64,000 bases of DNA, taken from Rebecca billardiae RCC1528 (taxonomy: Eukaryota; Protista; Haptophyta). The notes beneath the pieces are model-generated. The model had not been told where the DNA came from and did no database searches. It saw nothing but the letters and a program-made list of their open reading frames with translations. Position 1 is the stretch's first letter. Each line of letters starts with the position of its first letter. The translations under genes and the position numbers were made by a program. Of this stretch, positions 13,180 through 33,713 are shown piece by piece. Location of the stretch: positions 2,046,001-2,110,000 of the forward strand of contig OZ251229.1 in assembly GCA_965240325.2 (NCBI GenBank), written 5' to 3'.

Positions 13180-14078
13180 GGCTTATCTCCTAAACCCCTG
13201 GACGGGTAAATCCAGCCCCCCCCCCCCCCCCCCCCCCTGGGGGTCCGGGAGGCCGCGACCAGTGTCGACGCTGAGTCCGGGCGACGTCGCCAACTCGCCA
13301 AGCGGCGGCTGGAGGAGCGACGGGCGCGTGAGCGTGGCGGCTCGCGGGTATCACCGGCCTTGTGGCACGTAGTCGCGCGTGTGCGCGCCGTCGCATTGCG
13401 TGTACAACACCAGACGCTGACTCCCATGCCATTGCCACGCCCTGAAGACTGCCTCGGCACCTTGTGTCTGCGTTCAAATGCTCACGAAGCTGGCTCGCGG
13501 CGCTTGTGGCAGTGCCTAGCGTGCAAGAAGCTGCTACGAGTGGCGCCATAGCACTCAAGACCCGGCCGTCACGCATGGGGCTAGTCGGGTAGGCTAATCT
13601 GTGCTATGGGCGACCAGAAAAGCAGCTCGATCAGTGATCCGTGACTCTGGAAATGTCGCGCGGCACACACCGTTTGAAACGCGAGAGCGCGGCGCGTGCC
13701 TAACGTGACCTCTTTCAGGCGGCGTGCGGGGTCGGAAGTCCAGCGCGCGTGTACGTATACATTGTGGATACATACCCCCACCTTCCCGAGCCATCTAATC
13801 GCGCCCAGGCTCCCCACATGTCGAATCGGCTGGCAGGAAGTGACCGCTCGGCACAAGCTCAAGCCCGCAAGTGGTTGCGCGCGCCAACCGCAAGGGCGAC
13901 GAGCGAGGAGAGACATCAGCGGGCTGCTTTGTCGACGTTCCCCTGCGTCTTGGGGCCCGCCCCGCCCAGCGTGCCGCCACGGAACGCCCCGCAATCGACC
14001 GCTAGGACGCTCGGCGAGCACGCACCCACCGCCGCCACGGCAGCCGTCCCCCCGAGCCAGGGGTGTAGGGGACAAGCC
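13180..14078. mobile_element. Nested non-autonomous TIR element (~900 bp), possibly PIF/Harbinger-like
   Basis: 22-bp imperfect TIR ggcttatctcctaaacccctgg / ccaggggtgtaggggacaagcc. Candidate 3-bp TSD cat (13177-13179, 14079-14081). Segment absent from the paralogous copy near 3835. Confidence 0.6.
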
Positions 14079-14797
14079 CATGGACATCGGAACGAGGTCG
14101 GAACGTGTTACTGCCGGAAGCGGTGCATGTGGGCCGAACGACACCTATTACTGCGTATGTTTTGGCTATCAGTCGTAATGCGAATTGTGCGCGGTCCGGG
14201 GCACGAGATGCAGTGGAGATACGAATTCGTTGAGGTAGGGCCGCGAGCTGCGATCTCCGAACGCTTTGCACACTAATCTGGTCCGATCTCGGGTAGCCCA
14301 AAAGTTGCGTGAAGTTGGGAGCACCCTTGCGCAGCGGGTAACCAGTTTGAAGTTACGCGCTGACGGGCGGTTTGCGGCTCAGAGTTGGCCTCACCACCCT
14401 ACCCTGATTCCGTCTCCTCAGCTCATATGGCTTGTGCCCTCAGAGTGGCGAATTATCCTGTATCCATGTCTGACCCTTAACCAGATTCCAGCACTTCTGT
14501 GCGCTGACGGCTGGCGATACCCTAATCCGCCTCCGAGTGATAGCAATGTGCGCTCGCGGCTGTATCGGTGTCTATGTTTAATCCCTAACCCGATTTACCA
14601 CTGCGTATGTGCGCTGGCGGCTGGCGTTGACCCTAATGACCTCCCCCTGTGATCGCGTGTGCGCCTCCGATCCGGTAACGGCTACCCGTCATCGACTTTT
14701 CATAGTATAAAGTGTGTAAACAGTCAGACGCTCTGAATCGGCCCCCTCGCTCAGAGCGCTCTGAGCGAGGGGGCCGATCAGAGCTACTGTATGTATG

Positions 14798-22338
<7,541 letters not shown>

Positions 22339-22502
22339 GGGCCAGGCCTTCTGTGTGATAAGCTACCCCAGTCATGCCGCTTGCTATACGCCTTCCCCAA
22401 CCGACAGTGGGGCTCCACGTTCCTTACTACATCCTCATCCTGTCGGCGCGCTGTTGCATCGGCGCCCAGTCGGCGAGTTCGGACGACGACGTTTTGTGGA
22501 CG

Positions 22503-22704
22503 ACGGTGGGGCGAGGACGACGGGCGCTGGCGCGCCGCGAGGCGGCCGCAGCCCTCATCCAGGCCTCGCAGAGTCGCAGGCGGACGGCTGAACGAATTTT
22601 CCCGGCGGCGCTACCATCGGCGACGGCTTCATGGGCGGTGACAGTTGGCGGGCGTCAATCTCGCCTGCCTGAGCTGTGTGCGTCTCTTATTCTTAAGTAA
22701 ACTG
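22503..22704 (+). mobile_element. Right end of a Tc1/mariner-like MITE family
   Basis: Homologous to 59431-59622; ends ...gtgcgtctcttattcttaagtaaactg followed by TA. Confidence 0.7.
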
Positions 22705-22706
22705 TA

Positions 22707-24981
22707 CAGGTGCTATGGCCTATTTCTGGACGGAAAATCCAAGTAGCTCTCACGTCCAGCCATGGCGGACTAGCCCGCCCACGATGCCACCACGCCAACC
22801 AGCGTGGAGTTAAAGGTAGGCACACGAAGTCTCATCGTCATCGGCCATCGCGTTGGTGAGCAACGTGCTCGACTTCGTCATAGCCCAGATCTGGGCACAT
22901 GCCGTTTTCTGGACAAACCGTGCACGTGCGGTCGTGAAGCTGTGCGCGCATGTTGGGTGGGCCAGGAATGCTTGAGACCGGACAGGAAGGGCCGCAGTAG
23001 CTCGCTGGACTTACTTGACGACCTAGTCCAGGCATATACCACGCGTTCTCTGCTCCACTACAGTAGTCCATTCACCTGCGTTCGGTGCCTGGCACATGCT
23101 ACGCGCGCGCGTTCTCACAAAGCACCGGCGTTGTCATGCAGCTATCTGATAGCTGAGCTCTGCACGCGATCGGTCTCATCAGCCGACCATGTGCTAGATC
23201 ACCAGTTCTGTGAGCCCACACCCTCCTGCGACAGCGTCGCCATCCACTCCGGGGTAACCGTGCGCTGCTGCGCGCGGCCTGAAGCGGCGCGCCGTCGGCG
23301 TCGGCCGATGCTGACGCCCCTGTGTGTCGGATGCGTCATGCGTGCGGAGCACTGGACTGCCGTGACACACGAGACAGACGAGTACCCGAGCAGTCTCGTC
23401 CCGGCCGATCATATATCAAAGACTAGGCTTGTCATCACTCCGCTGCGGCGAGTCGTTAACGACAGCTACCCCCGTGATATAAACCTATACTGCTAGGGTC
23501 TAAGCGTCATCCTGATCGTGATTGTCATGTCGATGTCGATGACAGCCTCGTCCGAAGGCGCACCCACGAGATGCGGCTGGCACTTCTGCTTCTTGCATGC
23601 CGTCTTCTGCACGCGCCTGCAATGCGGGCAGAAGTGATGCGTCCGGCACGTGCACGTCGCGGCCAAATCTGCGCCGCACGCGCATGGCTCAGCCGAGTTG
23701 GCGCGCGCCCTCTCGCAGGCCTTGAAGGCGCGCTCGAGCGCATCGCGATGGTCGAAGTTCGCAGCTGCCGCGGCCTCGGTCTCGGCGCGCCGTAGCGCCT
23801 TCGCAGCGCGCTTTGCCTCGGCATCGGCGGCCGCCGTCACAGCCGCCTCATCGGCTGCCTCCTGGCCCTCGAGGAAGCACCCCAGCTCGGCCGAGCCGAA
23901 CTTCTCCTTGTTTGCGCGCTTCCGGCCGCCCTGGACCTTCTTGCCCACGACGTCGAACGGCAGCAGCGCCTCCGCCTCCTCGGCGTTGGGCGTCTTGACC
24001 GTCGTCTCGTGCCACTTGATCTGAGCACGGAGGCTCTCGATCACCTTCTGCTGCTCGGAGAGACGGTGCTGCAGGTCGATCGTCGAGCCGGCACGGTGGG
24101 TGGAGGACACGGGCGTGTACTCGGCCGGGATGCCACCGGCGCCGTAGTCGATCGCGCGGCGCACCGCACCGCGGTGGCCGGCGCCCTCCGCGGCCGCGGG
24201 AGCAGCCTCGAACACGCGCTCGGGGTTGAGCAGCAGATCGGCGGCCGCGAACTTGTCCTGCTGCATCAAGCCGATGTCGACGCCGCTCGCGGTGATGCCG
24301 CAGCGCTTGAAGGCGCCGATGACGCTCTCCTTCTTACAGAAGCCCTCCCACGAGTACCCAGGAGAAGGAGGAAGTCGCGCTTCGAGAGAGACTTCTTCGC
24401 GCCCTCGCCCGCCGCGCGCCGCCGCCCCTCCTCGTCCGAGTCGTCGCCCCCGTCGCCGTCGTCGTCGCTGCCGCCCTCATCCTCGTCGTCATCGCCGTCG
24501 CCGTCGACTGCGTCCTCGAGGTTGATCTCATCGTCGCCGAGATCGGCGCGCACCTCGCGCATGCGCTGCGCGAGCAGCTTCGACTGCTGGTAGCGCGCCC
24601 ACTTCTTGGTACTCACCGAGCAGTAGTAGTGCAGCACCTGGTTGATCTGGTCGAGCGGCTGCGTCAGCCCCGTCGTGTCCGGCGGGCTGAGGTAGACGTG
24701 ATGAAGGCGGGCCACCGATCCGAGCTGATCGCGCGGTCGACCGCGCCCTTCGCACGCCCCGCGTCTGCCTCATCGCGGCACCACTTCAGCGCCGTGCGCA
24801 GCTGCCGCTGCTTCTCGTCGTGGTTGGACTTGTTAATGGCGTACTCCGCCTGGTTCCGGGGGTTGGCGATGCGCGCTGCCGGCGTCTTGCGCCGCTTGGC
24901 GGGCGACTCGTCGGTGCGCTTCACCATGGCCACGCGCTTGTCCAGAAAACGGCATCGTCCAGAAATAGGCCATAGCACCTG
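22707..24981 (-). mobile_element. pogo/Tigger-like DNA transposon, internally deleted
   Basis: Perfect 26-bp TIR caggtgctatggcctatttctggacg (22707-22732, 24956-24981), with TA TSD on both sides. Confidence 0.9.
23493..24927 (-). pseudogene. Remnant pogo-family DDE transposase
   Basis: N-terminus MVKRTDESPAKRRK. DDE_1 motif LSPPDTTGLTQPLDQ, then WEGFCKKESVIGAFKRCGI and a C-terminal Cys cluster. Frameshifted, with the central catalytic part missing. Confidence 0.8.
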
Positions 24982-24982
24982 T

Positions 24983-27900
24983 AGGGTTTATTCCGCCCGC
25001 CCCACTGGCGAGCGCGGTGCGGGACGCACATCGCACTGGGGCGGTGCTCTAGCACTGCACTCACGGCGCGCCGCGATGTGTTCGGGCGGTGGACGGGGCC
25101 GAATCGGCCGAGAGTGACGGTGCGATGGGCCGTGGTGACTCTGCCATCACCCAGTGATCTCGTGCGGTGCCAGCTCGCCCTTCGCTTCGTCGCCACTCGC
25201 ACTCGCACCAGTGCGTGCGCCCATGGCTTGCCTTTCGCGCGCTGTGTTCCCGCGCAGTGTGTGCTTGGCAGCAGGGTGCTGGTGGCCGGTGGTTGCCGGC
25301 GCGGAGGAACGGAATGTTCGCAGCTACGCTACATCCCAGACGCCATGTGCCCGTCCTCGTCGAGCGATGGACAGACACGCGTGTCGCGCATGCGCTCGCG
25401 GAAGCAGGCTGCACAGCGGCGCGCGGGCCTGGCTGCACGCGGAGGACAAGCTGCACCACACAGCTGCCCCCGCCATGAGCCCCAGCTGCGTACGCACCTC
25501 TCCCGTGTTGTCTGATCCGCCAGGCCGACACCGCGCGGAGACTGCGTGAGACACCGACAGTCAGCGGCCACGGCGCACACAGGTCACTGGCACATGCGGC
25601 GGCGCGCAGCAGCTGATGCAGCCGTTGCTTCGATAGATGAAACAGCAACAGCGCCGGTGGCAGTCGCCCCATCGCTGCCGCTGGCACACCCGCACTTGCT
25701 GACATATCGCCAACAGCACTCGCAGCCCTTGCACCTCCGGCAGCTGTGGCTCGACGATCGGCTGAGCGGCGGCAATCTGAGGCACTGTCGTCCGAGCAGC
25801 CGCGCGGGAAGGTGCTTCGGGGGGTCGCTGTCGCGGGAGTCCTGCTCCAAGCAGCTGGTGCAGATGCTGCGGCTGGGACAGCAACTGTTGTTGCTCGCGT
25901 TGGCAGCTTCAACGCAGCCGTACCAGCGTTATGCAGAGGGGATGACTTGTGGGATTGGGATTTTATATGCAGCCTCTTTTTACATTCCGCCTTGCAGGGA
26001 TTTTAATGGCGGGCCGTAGGTCCGCCCCTTGTAGTGCCCGGGAAAAAGATAAGAAAAAGAAAAGAAAAAAGAAAATCGCCTCGCAAAGAAAAGAAAATCG
26101 CCTCCCTCACTGCTGGGTCGCTTCGCTCACTACCGGGCGCCCTCGCAGCTCCCACTGGGGACGCTCGGCCGAAAACCATCTCCCCGATGGCGCGGAGCGC
26201 GTGGGCGGCGCGCGCCAAATCCAACGCCGGCGCGGACATCGCGCGGGGATTCCCGAACGGTGTTTTCGCCCGATTCGCGATTGCTGCCCTCGTCGTCTCG
26301 CGTGCAGGTCGAACGGGGGCCAAATCGACCCGTTTGGAGCGGTACGCTCGGCGCGTCGACACGATCGTGCGACCTGGGGCGGTCCTCGCCCGACTTGCAC
26401 GTCGAAAGCTCGCACCGGCCATAGCATCAAGCGCTGCGCACGATGGCCGCCTCGCTCGATTCACCGTCGCGCGTCGGGCTCGGTGCGGAAAGGCCCTCAT
26501 CACGAGGCGTCTCGCGGGCGGGAAGCGCCATCGCACGCGACGCAAGCTTTGGCGCGGCCTTCTGACCTCGATGATCGCCGGAATCCGCGCACCGGACTGT
26601 CGCGTGCCACAACTTCTCAAAGCCGCGGGCGCATGCAAATCCGTTTGCTACAGCTGTACCAGTTCCCGGCCAAGCCGAAGGGCCGGCCCTTGTCCCGGCG
26701 ATCATCTTTCGCGATCGCGGCCAAAGATCGCTCGGCGCTCGCGGTCCCTCACAGCCGAAAGCCCACGTCCGGCCTGCATGGCGTCGACGGTGACCAATGC
26801 GACGGAGGCGCAGCGCAAAGCGGCGTACGAGGCGCAGCGAACGCAGCTGCCGTGTCTGTCGCCGTGGCAGGAACCGCGTCTTGGCGAGTCGGCGGCCCTC
26901 GTCGCACAGCGCTATGACCGATCCCAGAGGCGCCTCCGCCACGAGCTGAAACGCCGAGCGTGCAGTGGCACATGCGCTGCGCTTCCTGTGCCTGCTCGAG
27001 CAGCGCGTGCCCACCCTCGATCGCGAGTGGCACACGCTCTCGCACTGCGCTCGCGCGCACCGCCGACAGCTCCTGATACCGCCGAACGTGCGGGTGCCGG
27101 ACCTGTCGCGCGAAGCGGTGAGCGCCGACGAGCGCTTGGACCTGGACGCGTTGTTGCGCAGCGTGGCGGCCGTGCACGACGCCGACGCGACCTTCATCGC
27201 CGAGCCCATCGTGCCCGGAGCGGACATCGGCATCCTCGCAACACACGATCTCAGCTGGCGGCAGGAGGTAAGATGCTGTCGCGTTATTATTCGTCAGTGA
27301 GTCAGGTAGCTCACCATCATCCGTGTGTCGCATTGTTATTCGTCATCCTGCCCGTCAAACCGCTAAATAAAAGGCGCGAACCCGCTGGGGAAATATTGCG
27401 ACAGCACTGGCACGGCCCGCCGACCCCCCCGCCCGCCAGGGCAGAGTTTTTTAAAAAATCCAGCTTGAGCAGAGTCCGAGACTTAGCGTTTGCAGAAGCT
27501 GTGCAGCAGGGCTCAACTCGTCACTGCGTACAGCGTCGGCGCTCGGAGCCTTAGGAGGAGTTCGTTGGTGGGCGTGTCCCGCCCGGCGCGCAGCCTAGCG
27601 CTGTACGTGGGCGAGACAGCCCCTTCCGCGTCTCGCACAAGTTTCGGCGGCGGTGCCGAGGGTGGAGGCCGCTCGCCGCGCGCGCCTGACGGCAGCACCT
27701 CAAGCAGCGCTGACCCATGCGCACGCGGACGGGTGCGGCAATGGCGGTGGGTTTCGCAACATGCACAGCGTCAGACGCTCGGCACCAGGTCGGCTCAGCT
27801 GCAGCAATAGCACCATCGGTGCGGCGCCTGGCGCTCAGTGGGCGGCGTGTCGGGCGGATGCAGATGCACTTGCCGTCTGAATCAGGACGCCGGGCATGCG

Positions 27901-28917
27901 TGCCGAAGCAGTTCGCCCCAGCGCGCGCACTCGCAGAGTGAGAACGGCCGCCCTGCCGGCCGGAGGCCAATGCACTCGCCTGGCGGCTGCCGGCGCACGG
28001 TAGGCCAGGGCAAACGTAAAGCACCCGAAAGCACCACGGCGGTGGTGACCGAGCTCACGACCACGGGCGGTGGCGCGGCCGATGTCGCGAGCGTGAGCGC
28101 AAGCGTGGCCGTGAGCAATGCGAGCAGCGTGAGCGAGGCGCGGCGCGGTCGCGCCCGCCCTTCCGACGAGGAACGAGGGCTTTCTTGCGCGAGGGGTCCC
28201 CAACGGTAGGTGGCAGCGATGTCGCGCCATCGCTTAGCGCACCGACGTTGCCAGCCGGTCGACGTGGCCATCGCTTCCGAGAGAAAGCTGTGAGCCAGAT
28301 TGCTGCCGCACGCAACCGTGTGCGCCGTGGCCGCTGACTGTCGGTGTCTCACGCAGTCTCCGCGCGGTGTCGGCCTGGCGGATCAGACAACACGGGAGAG
28401 GTGCGTACGCAGCTGGGGCTCATGGCGGGGGCAGCTGTGTGGTGCAGCTTGTCCTCCGCGTGCAGCCAGGCCCGCGCGCCGCTGTGCAGCCTGCTTCCGC
28501 GAGCGCATGCGCGACACGCGTGTCTGTCCATCGCTCGACGAGGACGGGCACATGGCGTCTGGGATGTAGCGTAGCTGCGAACATTCCGTTCCTCCGCGCC
28601 GGCAACCACCGGCCACCAGCACCCTGCTGCCAAGCACACACTGCGCAGGAACACAGCGCGCGAAAGGCAAGCCATGGGCGCACGCACTGGTGCGAGTGCG
28701 AGTGGCGACGAAGCGAAGGGCGAGCTGGCTGGCACCGCACGAGATCACTGGGTGATGGCAGAGTCACCACGGCCCATCGCACCGTCACTCTCGGCCGATT
28801 CGGCCCCGTCCACCGCCCGAACACATCGCGGCGCGCCGTGAGTGCAGTGCTAGAGCACCGCCCCAGTGCGATGTGCGTCCCGCACCGCGCTCGCCAGTGG
28901 GGCGGGCGGAAAACCCT
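24983..28917. mobile_element. Long-TIR (~590 bp) non-autonomous element, Mutator/foldback-like, with a 2.7-kb interior
   Basis: ~24983-25579 is the reverse complement of ~28318-28917. No TSD identifiable because the left end abuts the pogo element. Confidence 0.75.
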
Positions 28918-29656
28918 CCCCGCTGCGCGCACTGCTCGCATTCTCAGGGCGGGATCGGCACCGGTGGAAAGCACGGATCCAAAATCCAAATCAGAATGCG
29001 GGTGGGCGCCGCTCACACAAAGAGACGATTGCTCAGCATATGGAAGTTTTGGCGGGTATGTAGCTTACTATGTGATAATGGCTCTATAGTAATTGGCTGG
29101 TGCCCTGTATTCTTTCTTTAATTAGTATCATAGTAGTATAGTATAGTAGATTGCGGGTTGATGGCATAATTGATGCGGTTTGGTTGGGGGATGGCTACCT
29201 ACCCAGCGTACCGACAGTGTTTTTAAAATTCCCCTTTATAACGGGCTCCGGGTGATGATCTACGTATTTCGTTTGGTCAACGTTACAAATACCCGCTGTT
29301 CATGAACGACTTAGAGAGACGTGAGAGCTGGCCATATAAGGTATGTTTCTGGAAATGGTTTTTGTTTTAGCTAGGCTAATTAGGCTAATTACCGCAATAT
29401 ATGATTACGATACGAGGGCTTCGCCACCATTCATATTATTGTGGCGGAAACGATAACAACCTTTCATATTCTACTTTCCCTTTCCACCACGAGCGCAATT
29501 CGCAGTCGCTTCTCTCGCGCCGGGTTGAGTTGCGCCGAGAACCCCATCCAGCCCTCAAAACTCGTGGTCGCGGTACGCCGCGGCGCGAGCGCGCGAGACC
29601 TGCCTCGAATCAGCCATCAGTCTCAACAACACAACCCGCAGGGGGGTAGGCACACC

Positions 29657-31155
29657 ATGCTGGAGAACGACGAAGCGATTCCGGTCGGCGCCGACGAGGA
29701 GAAGGAGCCCGTCGCCGACGGCGCCAACACCGACGATGCGGCCGACGACGCGTATGCCAAAGGCAAGGGCCAGCCGGTGCGTCGCACGTGGTCAGCCGCG
29801 GAGGACGGCAAGCTGAAAGAGGTGCGCCGCGTCGTGGCACGCGCGTGCGACTGGGCACGCCCGCCGCGCGCCTCGCTCCCGGCCACCCGCCGGTGTCGGT
29901 CGGGCGCGCGGATGCACGCGCACGCGCTGCGCATGGCGCTTGCACAGCTTATACGCACGCGCGTGCGTACTCCTGCCCGGACTGACGCCCCGCGCTGCGC
30001 CGCGCAGGTCGTCGGACGGCTGGGTGCCAAGCAGTGGGCGCTGGTTGCCGAGCACATGGGTGTGGCGCGATCGCGCCCGCGGCACGCGCGCTTGGCGCTT
30101 GGCGCTCGTGCTTCCGCATGGCGCCCCGCTTAGCCACGCGCGTGCCCACGCGTCGCCCGTGCAGGGAGTCGCAAGGGCTGGCAGTGCCGTGAGCGCTGGC
30201 TCAGCCACCTCTGCCCCGACGTGAAGAAGGGCGGGTGGTCGGCCTCTGAGGACGCCGCCATACTGCAGAGCGTCGACAAGTTGGGGCAGGTGCGTCCTAC
30301 AGTGCGGGCGCGGGTCTGACAACAAGGGGGCGGTGCGGAGGGGAACACGCAACGTGTGCACGGGGGGTGAGCTCTTCATGGGCGGGGCCTGCACGCGCGT
30401 GGCTGGGCGTGCGCAAGCGCGCTGGGGTGGGCGAGGCGGCGAGTGCCGCCGCTCAACCATGCGCGCGTGGCACACCTGCGCCCGCTGCTGTCATCCCATG
30501 ACCCATACCCGCCCGCGCGCCCGCCCGCCCCCACGTGCGCGGCATTGTTGTCGGCGCAGCGATGGTCCAACATCCGGCAGCAGCTGCCCGAGCGCAGCGG
30601 CCATGCGATTAAGAACCGGTATCACTCGCTCAAGCGGCGCATGCTCAACCCAAACGGTGCACACAACGAGCAGCAGCTGCCAGTGGCGAGGCCGCTGCTG
30701 CCGCCGTCGGGCAGCGCCACCGTGGCGGCCGCCGGCGGCGCGGCCGGCTCACACGGGAGAGTGATCGGCCTGCTGACCAGCGCGGCCGGTGGCATCTCGC
30801 GCTCGATAGAGCTGGGCGTGCTCGGCGGCGCGAGTGCCATTGAGCTCAACGCCAACCAGGCCGCCGCAGCCGCCGGGCTCTCCTACCCGCTCTGCGCCAG
30901 TCCGGCGGCAGGAGCGCACGGCGGCGTGGGCGCGGGTGGCGCGCCGTCGACGCTGCCGGGGCTGGGGCAGCTGGGCGTGGGCGCGGGCGTGGCGCTTGGC
31001 GCGGGTGCAGCGCGCCAGCCCGCATGCAGCGGTTGCGGCGCGATGGGCGACGCTCCGCTCTCGCTGGGCGGCGCGTGCGGGCTGGGCACATGCATGGGCG
31101 CCGCCAGTGCGAGCACGGCGCACGCGCACGCGCACGCGCAGATGGCCGCGGCGCT

Positions 31156-31193
<38 letters not shown>

Positions 31194-32437
31194 TGGCGAT
31201 GCTCTTGCCCGGCGCGTTCCCTTCCCAGCCGATCGTGGGGCTGCCCTCGCAGATGCTGCGCTATTCTTCGCCAGACGATGCACAGGGCGCGCTGTACGCT
31301 CCCAACCTGTGTGCGTGGCCGCCGCAGCAGCCGGCGGGTGCGCACGCGATGGCGGCGGCGCTGCCACCGCTGCCGACTGAGGCGACGGCGCAGCTCCCGC
31401 AGCCGCAGCAGATGGGCACGTGCGCCGCCGCCGCCGGCGGTGGCGGGCTGCTGGCATGCGCTGGGCAGTACACGAGCCAGCAGGGCGCGTACGCGCCGTT
31501 TCAGCTGAGTCACAGCTGCGGGGGCATGGGCGCGGCAGTGGGCGGCAGCGGCGGCACACACGGCAGCCTGGATGACCTCGCGTCAACCGCACTCCAGCAC
31601 CACGGCTGCCGCGCGCACGGCACCCGCGCCTCTGCTGCCTGCACTGGCGCGTGGCGATGCGACGTCGGCGATGGCGCCCATGCGGGTGCGGAGGGCTCGG
31701 GCAACGACGATCAGTCCGACCCGCGCGCGCAGACGCTCCGCTCGCTCTCCACGCACACGCAGCTCGACCTGCTCGGCTACATCCACACCCGTGCGCCTGC
31801 GCTCTACGCGCGGCCGCGCGATCTCGACTCTGTGCACGCGCATGCGCTCGAGGCAGCCGCCGCCCCGCTGCCCGACTCGGGCGACAACGGCGGGGAGCAG
31901 CAGGCGGCGGCGCGCAGAGGCGGTGGCGGCTGCGGCGGACGGCGCGGCGGCGGCGGCGGGCTGCGCCTGTCGCCCTCAACGTTCGGCCTGCAGCAGCACG
32001 CGCGCGCGCGCGCGCTGTACGCCGCTGAGCAGGACGCGGAGATGCCGCTGGCGCCGCAGCCACTGACCGCTTCCTCCGACCGGCCTGCGCACGCGCATGC
32101 GCACGCGCACGAGCAGCAGCCGCAGCCGCAGCCGCGCGGCGCCGAGCCGGCATGCTCGCGTCCGGCCGACGCGCGCCGGTCGGAGCTACCTGAGCTCCAC
32201 TACATCTCGAGCCTGGACACGCTGCCAGTTGCGGACGAGCGGCAGCAGCGCATACGCGCCCTGTCCGCGCAGCTGCTCGTGCTCACGCAGATGGGCGAGG
32301 ATGGCGGCGAGCGCACCAAGCTGCTCGACTCAGCAGTGCTGGCCGAGCTGCGCGGCGCGGTCGCGCAGCCCAGCCGCGACACCAGCACGAGCGCGGTGGC
32401 GATGGCGGCGCGGCCGCCGAGCACTCCGAGCCGGTAA
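29657..32437 (+). CDS. R2R3-MYB transcription factor with a long low-complexity C-terminus including poly-Q
   Basis: Exons 29657-29821, 30008-30059, 30165-30289 and 30560-32437 splice in frame at GT-AG sites to give WSAAEDGKLKE..KQWALVAEHMGSRKGWQCRERWLSHLCPDVKKGGWSASED..RWSNIRQQLPERSGHAIKNRY. Confidence 0.92.
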
Positions 32438-32691
32438 CGGCCAAGAGCTCGTCTGCAGCTGCGGCTTCAGGCTTGCGCGTGCGTGTCGGCACATCCGACC
32501 CTGGGCCCGGAAGCACGCGTGCGAGACCCGGGCGGCCGGGCTTGGACAGGGCGAGTGCAGGGCGCGAGGGCGCATTGCATGGCGCATGGCACACCCGCAC
32601 CAGTCCTGACCTGCGGCCGCTGCGCCTCTAACTGACGAAGCTAGTCAAATCGACAAATGTCATCAGACTGTGACGGGCCGTGTCGGACTAA

Positions 32692-32803
<112 letters not shown>

Positions 32804-33713
32804 AAAGTCGCGCAGCAGTGAGCAGTACAATTCAGCGCATCACAAGTGCTCACACTGTCACTGCTCACACTCCACCGCAGCACCGTGCCGCCACTCGGGG
32901 GGGCAGGGCTGCGGGCGGTGGCGCACTGTCTGACCTGGACGGAAGGCGCGGACGCGCATTCTATGTGTCTGCTGCACTCTGAGCCTGACGCTTGTTCGTT
33001 GCTGCCACGTCGTTAAATATATATACGACGACGAATCATTAATTAAACAGATTAACACTGCGACTCGAGCGGCCAGTGCGCGTCACGCGCCACTCATCTC
33101 GGAGCATGGCGCGGCACACGATGGGCGCAGGCTGAATCACGCCCAGCCCCGGTGCGTGAACGTCATCGTCATGAGGCGCGGTAGAGCGCAGCTGGTTGAC
33201 CGCGCGGATAGCGCCTGGCGCCGAGCCGACGGACCGAGTAGTGGCTGGCCGCAGACGGCACGGACGGGGTCGCCACGGCGGCGGGGCCCGGGGCGGGCGG
33301 CGGTTCAAGCGGCCGACGGCGAGGCGGGTGCGGGCTGGAAGGCGGACGGGTGATGATTCCAGCGCGCGCTGCCTTCTGAACCCCCCACTTCAATGATGGT
33401 CACACCAAACATTCCCGTCGGGCCCGCCGCTCGCTTCATTCCCGCGCCGCGCCGCAAAGATGAGAGACTGCTCGCGGCACACGCACTGTCCGGGGATGCC
33501 GCTGCATGCACCGAGTCCGAGCCCGGGAACGATGGCAGATCGGCGTCGGCAGTCATATGCGATAACCGCCGGCCTGCCAACCCCACACCACCCGTCGCGT
33601 CGGCCATCGCCATCGTGAACTGGGTTGCAGTTGGGTTTCGTCGCAGGTGCATCTAATCTCCCGTAACGGTCGAGCACCCCTCGCTAGGCGATCGCTAGGC
33701 GAGGGGTGCGTCG

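Noticed and set aside
14395-14645. ccctaa hexamers as an interstitial telomere
   Set aside because: They are isolated hexamers within longer units, not tandem telomeric arrays.
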